Shown one piece after another: positions 1 to 9,600 of a DNA stretch of 64,000 bases. Made by a program: the position numbers and the translations under genes. Numbering within the stretch: position 1 is the first letter of the stretch; every line of letters starts with the position of its first letter. The notes under the pieces were generated by a model. That model was not told where the DNA came from. It did no database searches and saw nothing but the letters and a program-made list of their open reading frames with translations. Source of the DNA: Felis catus (taxonomy: Eukaryota); contig NC_058368.1 in NCBI RefSeq assembly GCF_018350175.1, positions 170,502,001 to 170,566,000 of the forward strand. Direction: 5' to 3'.

Positions 1-267
1 TGAAACCATATGGTATGTGTCTTTCTCTGTATGGCTTATTTCACTTAGCATCACACTCTCCAGTTCCATCCATGTTGCTACAAAGGGCCATACTTCATTC
101 TTTCTCATTGCCACGTAGTACTCCATTGTGTATATAAACCACAATATCTTTATCCATTCATCAGTTGATGGGTATTTAGGCTCTTTCCATAATTTGGCTA
201 TTGTTGAGAGTGCTGCTATAAACATTGGGGTACAAGTGCCCCTATGCATCAGTACTCCTGTATCCCT
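1..267 (-). mobile_element. LINE-1 3' region fragment (carnivore/felid L1), continuing off the window start
   Basis: Typical antisense L1 3' sequence (ttatttcacttagcat...ccatccatgttgctacaaa...gctgctataaacattgggg), similar to the L1 at 25050-25310; homology stops abruptly near 267. Confidence 0.85.
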
Positions 268-1399
268 AAAACAAGTATTTCTTAAAGGGAAGGAAGGAGG
301 TCACATGCAGGTAGGAGACCACTTGTGGAGATGTCCGGTGAAATGAGCATTGAATGACAGGAGAATGTCAACACCTGAGGATGTGAGGCTGAGAAGAAGA
401 GAGCTTAGGGCACATTTGGAGCATATTAACATCAGATACTATTTGGCAGAAGCCTAACAGAATGAAGGAGACAAGGCTGGGAAGAGCTTGGAGCCAAGCA
501 AGGAGGGATGATTGTAAATGTTAAGGCAACCGCTGGGAGTCATACCAAGAGTTTCTGAGCAGAAAAGTGATATGCTCAAAGTGATTTCAGAAGTCACATA
601 ATTATAGACAAGGAAATTGGGGGCCCCACGGATAAGTGTTTAGCAGGCAAAGAGATGACTTCCAGGATGCCTGAGAAGGAGGCACCCTGTCCACATCATC
701 TCCACAAAGACCCACAGAGATACAAAGTTTCAAAAGAAGAAAGGAGGCAACTCAGTCACACTCTAGAAAAATGCAAGTCAAACCTCAGGGAGGGCTGCTT
801 TCTTCTGTCCCCATCCCATCAGCATACCCCAACTCAAGTGAAGAAATCTGTGTTCCTAGCTCCTGCTTGCTGACCAGAAACACCTCTGATGTCACAGCAG
901 ATGAATCAAGCTTTGGCATCATCCCACAACACCCTGAAAAGTTGGTGATGGGGGAAGGGGCAGCGAGATTTCTTTCCCAAAATTTGCTGTTTGCTGCTAT
1001 GACCAAAAAAAAAAAAAAAAAAGACACCTAAATTTGGAGGATTCGAGAAAAGCCCATTTAGAAGTCATCAGTGAATCAGCGGCTTTCCATGACTCCTGTT
1101 AGCACCACATTCTTTATTCCCAGGCCTTAACCAGTGAACTGGGTCCAGCTGTACTGGTACAGCTGTTGAGCGCCTTCTATGAAAAAAGTTCACTTCTGGC
1201 TCAAGTCTCCACCCCACCCCCACCCCTGAGTCTGTGCTTTTCCCGCTTCCCTCGCCACCCCCTGCTGTTCTTCCCAGGCACCACTCGGCCTGTGACCTTT
1301 GCTAGGACTCACGTGGGGCGCCCTGCCTCGTCTGCTTTGGCGGTGATTCCTAGGAACTTCCCAAGGACCAGGGCTTTGCAGGCTCTGACACGCAAGGGG

Positions 1400-1870
1400 T
1401 GGGGGTAAAGGGAGGAAGAGGGGAGCTGAGTGTCTGGAGAGCCCCGGGCGGCACGAGCCAAGCTTGGGTGGAGTGGGGTTCATCCCCCAGAAGCCCAATG
1501 AGTGCCGGCATTCCGTCCCTTCAGTCCTTGGTTGGCGTGGCCACAGCCGAGAAGGCGGTGAGGCATCCTCTCGGGAGCTCTCCCCGAATCATTTGGCTGC
1601 GCTTAAACTTTTCCGGATGAAGGAGGGCTTGCAAGTACAAAGCCGAGCCCTCCATGCTTGAGGGTGTTCAAGCCCCAGGTGCCCGAAGTTGCTAGGCTGC
1701 GCAGGCGTGGGGCTAAGCGCCTAGGACGCACGGGGCGCACTAATCTTGCGCGCCTTCGCGAGAGCCGCGCGTTGGACAGCACCCTCCCCCGGTGCGCACC
1801 GCGGCACATCGCGCGACGCAGTTGGGTCCCGCTGGTCCGGTGTCGGCGTCTTTACGCTGGCCTTTAGAGT
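1400..1870. promoter_or_regulatory. CpG island upstream of TSLP
   Basis: GC-rich with dense CpG (gcgcgccttcgcgagagccgcgcg, cgcgcgacgca) against an AT-rich background; about 0.8-1.2 kb upstream of the TATA box. Confidence 0.75.
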
Positions 1871-2459
1871 GGGGCTGTGAAGGTGGAGGGGAGTTGGATT
1901 CTGTGGTTTCAAGAGTTTTTGACACCTATAGAACATGCTAGAGAAGACCGGAGCCCCTGAGGTGTCCCCAGTCACCCAAGAGTAGACGCTTCTTTCCTGA
2001 AATTGATAAGGGAGTTTTGAAAAGTAAGTGTTTTGAGGGCGAACCCCATCAGATCTTTTCCCATTCATGTCAACTTCGAATCGGCCCTGAGCTTAAGGTT
2101 CTAGTCACCATTGCACTTCAGTGCCTTCGCATGGAAGAGAAGCCTGAAGCTGCACCCACCCTCCAAAGCATCCCATTAAGTAAGCACATGCGTTTCTTTA
2201 GTTGCCACAGACGAAAGAAAGTACTAGTTGAAAACGGCCAAAAGAAATACTCATGAGTGAGCATTGGTACCTAATACAGCATGAGTGAGCATTGGTAGCT
2301 AATCCTTAGAGTGGCTGCCGTTTGGGGATATTTTTTTCTAACAAGAAAGGGGCTTGTCATGGAAATGGCCCTGCAGGAGAAAGAGGTAGGTATCTGTTTT
2401 TTAAAGCACCTTCTGGCACATATCAAGGGTTTAGGGCAAAGATAAAAGGAGGAAGGTGA

Positions 2460-2469
2460 GGGAAATTCC
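2460..2469 (+). promoter_or_regulatory. NF-kB site in proximal TSLP promoter
   Basis: GGGAAATTCC is a perfect GGGRNNYYCC match about 150 bp upstream of the TATA box; TSLP is an established NF-kB target. Confidence 0.7.
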
Positions 2470-2619
2470 TGATGGTTTTTTACCAATGTGAAAATTCCAT
2501 AGATTTGGCTAGTTCTATTTTTTCTTTCATGTAACCAATTCAGAATTCTATGAAGGAAGAGAATGACATCAAGGAAAATCATTGGTCTAGGAGAAAAGAG
2601 CCCGTAGGCGTTTAGGTGT

Positions 2620-2626
2620 TATATAT
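2620..2626 (+). promoter_or_regulatory. TATA box of TSLP (long form)
   Basis: TATATAT about 60 bp upstream of the ATG at 2680; predicted TSS near 2650. Confidence 0.65.
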
Positions 2627-2679
2627 GTGGAGCCAGAAAGCTCTGGAGCATCAGGGAGACTCCAACTTAAGGCAACAGC

Positions 2680-2683
2680 ATGG
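2680..2683 (+). CDS. TSLP: TSLP exon 1 coding part (ATG G), inferred
   Basis: agcATGG has a good Kozak context and is followed by GTGAAT; joining to 2868 restores the frame (M-V-F-F-R-K). Confidence 0.65.
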
Positions 2684-4415
2684 GTGAATATGGGCTTCAT
2701 GTGCACTGGGAATGAGAGACAAAGACTGGTGCCTGGGCATGTGCCCCTAAGGCAGGCCTTGCAGATCTAGAGGCAATTCAGTGTGGGTGGAAAGACTTTA
2801 GTGCGAAACAGGGGTGGAACTGAGTTTCCAAGTATATTGCCTGATGCCTTATTATTTGTTCTGTCAGTTTTTTTCAGGAAGATCTTCATCTTACAACTGG
2901 TAGGGCTGGTGCTAACCTACAATTTCACTGACTGTGACTTTGGGAAGATTAGAAAGAAGTATCAGGAAGTCATTTATCAAGCCCTGAATAAATACATGAA
3001 TGGGGTAAGTGAAGAAACATTAAAAATTTTTTTTTCATCAAAAGAATAGGCATACACACATGCAAACTACAATTTAATTTTTAAGGAAAGAAACATGATT
3101 TGGAAAAAAATCATGGCCCAGCATTTTGTCAGACTTTCTTACAAGTGATACTTAAATATACTAGCCTCTACCTAGAAATTGGCACACATTAAGTGTGCAG
3201 ATGCTGATGAGGAGCAGATATTGATGGATACTATATATCTATCAAGGTGTCTATCCTCTGCTGAAGTGCTGCTCTACCAGTGCAGTAAAAAAGAAAACTG
3301 GGTAAGGGCTTGAGAGAGAAAGGGGAGTAAAAAATAGGGAATTCTTGTGAGCTAAGCCCTAACCAGAGAGGACAGCCCTGGGAAAGGTGCACTGCAGGTC
3401 TTTCTAGTGTTCTAGAAGCCTTAGAATGCCATTATGGGATAAGGTGCGCTTTAGGCTTTTAATATACAGTAGTAAAATTATTTTCCTGATTATTCTAATT
3501 TCTGGATAGAGTATGCAGGTGTGAAATGCATGAATGGTTACAAGGCCGATGTGGGCTTTTGAAAGATGGCATTATTGCTCACTTGTGTAGTTTTATGTAC
3601 AAGTGTGCCCAGTTTGGTGCGGGGGGGGGGTGTCTCTCTCTAGGACCAGGATCCTTTAATATCCGGTTTCAAACACTAGCAGGTACTATCTGAATTCCAA
3701 GTGTTTCACTACCTTGTCAATGGTAAGAACAGCTAGATGCGCAGGAAGCAAGTGCCTAAGTGGAAACTGCTTTCAGAGCATCTTTAAAACCTGGGAGCAA
3801 TGGGGGCGTGGGAGGGGGGGGAATGATTTCCCTTGTGAACTAAGGCTTTACTTATTGTCTTTTTTTTTTCTTCTTTCTTCCAGGTCAAGAGCACCGAATT
3901 CAACAACTACATCTACTGTGAAGACCCGGTGAGTGGGTGCTCTGCACTGCTGGCTTTCTCCAGAGACACACCTGGCATTCCTGAGAGAGGGTAACCTGCG
4001 GCGCGTAGAACCGCAGGCGGTGGTGGCTGGGCTCCCAGGCGACGCTGACCGAGTAGGGACGCCTGGGCTGCCAGAAACCTCCGGGCCAGTGCCCTGCTTG
4101 GGACGCTACTTCTGTTCCAGTTTAGGGAGAGGAAGTCTCTCCTGGGAGCCAGTGGGATTCCGGGAGAGTCCCCTCTCCCCCAAACCAGGCCCCCGGCGGG
4201 AAAAGCAAGTCTGGAATAGTGACCAGGCAACGACGTCAGGGGCACCTCTCCCAGGGTGCAGAGCCTCTGCGGGGCGCGCCCCGCCTCTCGGCCGCAGTCA
4301 GGGCGGCGAGACTGGGGCGGAGCCAGCACCGGCGCGCGTCCTTTCTCCTCCAGCGCGGCAGGCATGCTCGCAACGCCCCTGGTTCCTCCTCCGTACGGAG
4401 GTTCTCTCCCTCTCG

Positions 4416-4448
<33 letters not shown>

Positions 4449-6928
4449 CCTCCCTCCCTCCCCCCCTCTCCCGCCCCCTCTGTCTCCCTTTCTCCCTCTC
4501 TCTCTCCCCTCCCTCCCTCTCTCTCCCTTTCTCTCTCTCTCTCTTTCTTCCGCCGAGATCTCTTCCTCCCCCTCGAAGCACGTCTGTGGTGTCTCCCGCT
4601 CCCCTTCCCCACCTCCCCCCCCCCCCCCCCCCGAATCTTCACTCGTTTCTTATGGACTCTCTTTTTTTGTCTCTTTCCGTTGTTTGTTTTTCCTGGCGTT
4701 TTCCCCGGCGTTTCCCCCGTTTCTCGTAAACCTTGCCGCCCGTGAGCAGCCAGATTGCCTCGCTAAAATCGACCTCATTACCTTCTATCCCACCCACGGC
4801 TGCACGACACTGGCCAAGGAAATCTTTGCGATAAGAACTAACGCTACGCTCACTCTCCAGTGCCCAGGCTACTCAGGAACGCAGGTAAGCTTTCTAAAGC
4901 CTTGGAATTAACCTTGAAGTGGCACTCTGTTGCAGAAGTCATTACGATTTTTATTCAGGTCCTATCTCCTGAAGAGCAAAGGAGCCTGTAACAGCTGTAG
5001 ACTCAGTACACACAAGGTCCCCAAACCCATTTATTTCTAGGGTTCTGATTCTTTTGGCCCAATTATAGTTCTAAACCTTAGGCAGTGTTTCAGGATACGA
5101 TCAGTGAGCCTATATCCTGGTTGCCCGAACATGGGAGAGTAATTATCCAAAATGCCAATTCCCAGGGACCCAACCTAGACCTTAAAAATCACAATCCCTG
5201 TGCATTGACTCCTTATGAGATTCTTATCCTAAATTTGAGCAGCATTGTTTGGGCTTCGCACTAAATAATGTGTGTTTCTTTCATAAAATTTTAAATTCTA
5301 CATTAAATCTCTACCCCACATTTGCTTAATTGCTTGTATAGCTCTCTTTACATAGTGGATTTTTGCATATGCGGTTACGTGCATTTGAATGGATGTGTAA
5401 CTTTAAATAGAAACAGTAGTGCAGAGTTAGGAGCAGGTAGTCTGGAAGACAGCCTTTCCTGACTTTGGATCCTAGTCCCAAAACTTCTGTTTTGACATAA
5501 CTTCTAGCCTCTCTGTGGTCAGTTTCATGTGCAAAATGAGAGTCACATTAGCGAGTCCCATATAGTGTTTATGAGGATTAAATGAGTCAATAGATGTGAA
5601 AGTACTTAGAATAGTGCCTGGCAAATGACAAGTATTCAATAAATATTGACATTTTTATGAAGAATTTATAGAGTATTCAATAAATAATGCAAGTAAAGCA
5701 GGGCATTTATCTTCCTGATGACAAATTTAAAAAAGACAAAAGAGAGACAAGCGCAGATATGTATGATTGCTGTGAACTTTCTCAGTCTGCACACTGTGTG
5801 GTCAAGGCCGTCACATTTTTAGGGATTAAAGATTGAGCCATATGGTCCATCCATATGGACATCCATAAAGTTGAATGCTCAATACCACACAGCCATGTGA
5901 AAAACCTGTTTGGCCCTATGGCTTCCATCAAGGAGACGCTGGCAAATCTACAGATAGCCACAGTGACATTCATCCATATAAGAAGAGCATAGAAGACAGT
6001 CTAGATCAAGTTCTAGACAGCATGCGAGAAAGAGAAAGTCTGAGTAATTTATTTCAGCCCCCTCCCAAGCCCAAAGGGAGAGCCTAAGACCAATATTTTA
6101 GATTCACTAGATTTTAGAGTAAGATTTTTGCTTAGTAACCTGATGAATTTTATTGATCTGAATATTGCATGTCCAGAAGGCCTAGTCTGTCACTATTCAA
6201 GAGTAATTCAGGTGAAAGAATACACAGAAAGATTATCACAATCTTTTTTTTTTTTTTTAAGTTTAGATTCCTTTTTAGTCTGTGGCACACTTCAGTGGCA
6301 GGAGGGACAGAAAGCAGCAGCACTTTGAGTCCAAATAAGAGGTTTATTGAATTACATCTATAAAGAGGCATAAGCTCTGTTCTTGAAGAATGTATGGTCT
6401 TGTCAGGGACATCATGAAACCACCAACTTAATCATTTATTTAGTCATTCAATAAATATTCAGCGTTTCCTACGTAAAAGACATTGTTGTCAGCACCACGG
6501 GGAATACCCATGATGCAATAATAAAACCGGCATGTGAGAGACAAGTTAAATGAAATACACTCTGAAGAGTTTCCAAAAGAAAAGTTTGAGCAATGAGCAG
6601 AGGGCTTGTAAAGGAGGTGGTGCTTGGCGTTGAAGCAAGAGTAGGTGGGTGGAGAGGAGGGAGGGCATTCCTCTAGGAGAAAACACCTAGGAGCACATGT
6701 AAGCAGGTGTTTGGGGGACACACAGAGATGGATTTGCATAAAGAAGACCCTGCCACTCAGTGGTTGTTAACGATTGTGACAGTCTTGACGATTGATTCTC
6801 CTATTCCACAGATAAATAATACCCAGGCAAAGAAGAAAAGGAAGAAAAGACAAGTTACAACAAATAAATGCCGGGAACAAGTCTCACACTTAATGGAATT
6901 GTGGCGTCGATTCAGTCGCATTTCATAG
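2680..6928 (+). CDS. TSLP: Thymic stromal lymphopoietin, 145 aa; join(2680..2683,2868..3004,3884..3928,4750..4884,6812..6928)
   Basis: Spliced translation MVFFRKIFILQLVGLVLTYNFTDCDFGKIRKKYQEVIYQALNKYMNG-VKSTEFNNYIYCEDP-PDCLAKIDLITFYPTHGCTTLAKEIFAIRTNATLTLQCPGYSGTQ-INNTQAKKKRKKRQVTTNKCREQVSHLMELWRRFSRIS. Signal peptide, 6 Cys, polybasic site, all introns GT-AG, 438 nt total, adjacent to WDR36 as in other mammals. Confidence 0.95.
2868..3004 (+). CDS. TSLP: TSLP exon 2 (signal peptide and N-terminal mature region)
   Basis: ttatttgttctgtcag acceptor; FFRKIFILQLVGLVLTYNFTDCDF...YMNG; donor GGG|GTAAGT. Confidence 0.9.
3884..3928 (+). CDS. TSLP: TSLP exon 3 (45 nt)
   Basis: Polypyrimidine-cag acceptor; VKSTEFNNYIYCEDP; donor CCG|GTGAGT. 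Confidence 0.92.
3990..4860. promoter_or_regulatory. Intragenic CpG island (region of the short-form TSLP promoter in human)
   Basis: CpG-dense intron with CRE-like CGACGTCA (4231-4238), GC boxes and an NF-kB match on the minus strand (4163-4172). Confidence 0.65.
4400..4635. repeat. Polypyrimidine (CT/CCCT)-rich low-complexity tract ending in a long C run
   Basis: Almost purine-free (CT)n/(CCCT)n sequence followed by a C homopolymer at about 4615-4632. Confidence 0.9.
4750..4884 (+). CDS. TSLP: TSLP exon 4 (135 nt)
   Basis: gagcag|CCA GAT TGC; PDCLAKI...CPGYSGTQ; donor CAG|GTAAGC. Confidence 0.93.
5415..5650 (+). mobile_element. MIR SINE
   Basis: MIR core and tail motifs (ctctctgtggtcagtttc...aaaatgag...tgaggattaaatgag...aagtacttagaatagtgcctggca...caataaatatt). 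Confidence 0.75.
6812..6928 (+). CDS. TSLP: TSLP last coding exon
   Basis: ctcctattccacag acceptor; INNTQAKKKRKKRQVTTNKCREQVSHLMELWRRFSRIS then TAG. Confidence 0.95.
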   Translation: MNNTQAKKKRKKRQVTTNKCREQVSHLMELWRRFSRIS

Positions 6929-6971
6929 AAAAAAAATACACCTTCCTTCAGGCTGTATTTCACCCCAACAA

Positions 6972-6977
6972 AATAAA
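6972..6977 (+). terminator. Proximal poly(A) signal of TSLP
   Basis: AATAAA 43 nt after the stop codon. Confidence 0.55.
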
Positions 6978-6988
6978 TCATCTTTATT

Positions 6989-7205
6989 TTTTTCAATGTT
7001 TTTTTTTTATTTTATTTTTTTTGGGACAGAGAGAGACAGAGCATGAATGGGGGAGGGCCAGAGAGAGAGGGAGACAGAATCGGAAACAGGCTCCAGGCTC
7101 TGAGCCATCAGCCCAGAGCCTGATGCGGGGCTCGAACTCACGGACCGCGAGATCGTGACCTGGCTGAAGTCGGACGCTTAACTGACTGCGCCACCCAGGC
7201 GCCCC
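6989..7205 (-). mobile_element. Young felid CanSINE in the TSLP 3' UTR
   Basis: Complete antisense CanSINE with CpGs largely intact; perfect 15-bp TSD TAAATCATCTTTATT (6974-6988 / 7206-7220). Confidence 0.95.
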
Positions 7206-7870
7206 TAAATCATCTTTATTAAGGAGATGTAATGTTAACTCTAACTGTGACACTTAAAAGATCACCAATAGTTATTTTTTTAATTACAGAAGGGTTTCTT
7301 GTTTTTGTAAGCTTTTATTGTGTGATGTGGTTTTATAATGCAGGGGAAACACTACCCCTCAAATGTAGGGGGAAACTGCCGTAGCAGTGATGCCTGGGCC
7401 ACTGGCCCTGTGCGGTAATTCTCTGCTGGAACTACATAAGCCTTACTTCAAGGGGAGAATCTAAACATGCAGCAGAAGGAAAAAGAGAAGGCTGAGAAAG
7501 GAAAAGGTTGAACTCAAGAGCATGTAAACCTCTGTTTAAAAGGCAGATGTTTCGTCTATGTATACTGATACTTACTGTGTTCTCATGCTAAAAATGTACA
7601 AAAGAAAATAAAAGCAAAACGTGTGCACAAAAAGTTGTACACATAATGAAGCAATCTGAAAGAATGTCCAAGTAAAATATTGTGCAAGTATTATACATCA
7701 AGTTTTAAAAACTATCTGACAAGAGTGATGTATATGCAACCAGGTCCTGAATTGCCTTTATTAAAGCTAAAATATATATTTTTTTAAATTTATGGAATAT
7801 ATTTTTTATTTATTTGTAAGCACTTTTTAAAATGTACATATTGCTTTGTAATTGACACAATATATTTCTT

Positions 7871-7876
7871 AATAAA
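7871..7876 (+). terminator. Distal poly(A) signal of TSLP
   Basis: AATAAA after an AU-rich stretch (ttttatttattt, about 7804-7816) and followed by U/GU-rich sequence. Confidence 0.6.
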
Positions 7877-7989
7877 ACGATTCTCAAATTAGCTTATGAA
7901 TGGTCTTTTTAATGTGGTTAGTAGACTGAGGTGCATCACTTTTCTTCAGTTTTTTTTTTTTAACTCTAGCCTTAATTTTTTAATTCATT

Positions 7990-8160
7990 AAAAATTTGTT
8001 TTTTTATCAGTATAACTGACATATTCATTTCAGATGTACAACATAATGCTTTGGTATTTGTATATATTGCAAAATGATCATCACAATAAGTCTGGTTAGT
8101 ATCTATCAACATACATAGTTATAGATTTTGTGTGTGTGTGATGAAAACTTCAAAGATCTT
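7990..8160 (-). mobile_element. Short L1 3'-end fragment (L1MA9/L1_Carn-like)
   Basis: tgacatattcatttcagatgtacaacataatg...tatattgcaaaatgatcatcacaataagtct...catagtta...gtgatgaaaacttcaaagatct matches an L1 3' terminus. Confidence 0.7.
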
Positions 8161-9187
8161 CATTTCTTTAGTTCATTATGTCCCCTCATTCTTGGAGCCC
8201 ACTGGCTATGCCCCCTCTTGCTTTGTAGCTTGGCCCTACCTATGGAGAGAATATTTGGGGATAGGTGGCTTCAGGATGCATTCCGATTATCTTTTTCTCA
8301 AGCTATGTCTCTAGTCCTTCTTTCCCCTGTTGAATTTCCCCCACACCTGGAAGACAGTGGAGAAAAAGGTAAACAATGCCAAATCATCCATTTTCCTATT
8401 CTTGAATGCCTGCTGACAGGTAAAGCCACAGGCACTCTGTCACTCACCTCCCAGTTAGATTGTTCTGAACACCAGTGGGAGGGGCGACCCTAGCCATAGA
8501 GTCCAGGCCAAAATAGAGCAGATAGAAACACATGGATTTTTCCTTGAGTAGAAACTTTCCCCTGACCACCGCTCTGAGGACTGGTGCTCACAGGAGAAGC
8601 TCAAGATCCCTAAATCCAACTTAGCTGCCAACAGGGAAGAGGAAGCTTACATTATGTACCCAAAAAACATTTATGGAGCACCTACTGTATGTCATCCCTT
8701 CAGCCAAGTACTAGGGATACAAAAGTAAATGAAACACAGCTTTTACCCAAAGAAACTCAGTGTCGCTGAATACGCAATTTCCTTTGCCCTGAGGGAGTTT
8801 CCTTTGCTGTCTTTCTAAAATAAAGCCCTCTAAAGAAAGAGACCCAGCCCAGGGACCTAAATGCCATCATAAGACAAATTCCTGTGGGTATAGCCTGGGC
8901 TAGTACTCATTAATTTTCTATGCAAAAGGTGGGAAAAGAAATGACCGTTTAAACCTATTAACTCCATTTTTCTAGGGATCTAGGGATTAACTGACGAGAT
9001 TTCACCCCACTGTGAAAAGAAATATGCTTACAACTTTTCTCAAGGTTATTGCCAGTTTCCCTATAAGCAGGGAGGAATGAAGAATTGAAGATAGAAGAGG
9101 CAGCTCAACGTGTTGATCGAATGCAGTTTCTTTGAGTTTTCTGCTTTATCTTTAAAAATGTGTGTAACTTATATATTTCATTTTTCT

Positions 9188-9394
9188 TTTTTTTTTTTTC
9201 GTTTTATTTTATTTTTGGGACAGAGAGAGACAGAGCATGAACGGGGGAGGGGCAGAGAAAGAGGGAGACACAGAATCGGAAACAGGCTCTGAGCCATCAG
9301 CCCAGAGCCTGACGTGGGGCTCGAACTCACGGACCGCGAGATCGTGACCTGGCTGAAGTCGGACGCTTAACCGACTGCGCCACCCAGGCGCCCC
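9188..9394 (-). mobile_element. Young felid CanSINE
   Basis: 16-bp perfect TSD TATATTTCATTTTTCT (9172-9187 / 9395-9410); lacks one CAGGCTC unit compared with the copy at 6989. Confidence 0.95.
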
Positions 9395-9600
9395 TATATT
9401 TCATTTTTCTATGCACCCCAAGGGTGTTTTAATATAAAAATAATCATTTTAATTACTAACTATCCACTAAAAGTAAAGTACAAGTAGATGCACCATATTA
9501 ATGTAGTAAGAACTTTTCCAAATGTTGTAAAGGAAATGTGGATTATATATTTCTACTTTTTGAGATGAACTGAGGTTTTCTGGTGGACTCATATGTTGTC

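Noticed and set aside
1146..1165. Palindrome CAGCTGTAC-TG-GTACAGCTG with two E-boxes
   Set aside because: 9-bp arms with a short loop are expected by chance in 64 kb; no other support.
2834..2836. TSLP as a pseudogene because of start-codon loss
   Set aside because: All exons, phases, six cysteines and splice sites are intact, and an alternative spliced ATG restores the frame.
2783..3049. 88-aa ORF starting at GTG as the true TSLP N-terminus
   Set aside because: Non-AUG start, and it reads through the exon donor at 3005; the spliced ATG at 2680 explains the gene better.
3913..4911. Long overlapping ORFs of 114-270 aa on both strands
   Set aside because: They arise from the GC-rich island and the (CT)n tract; only 4750-4884 is coding (TSLP exon 4).
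5782..6371. Short ORFs in the last TSLP intron
   Set aside because: No recognisable homology or supporting exon structure; lengths expected by chance.
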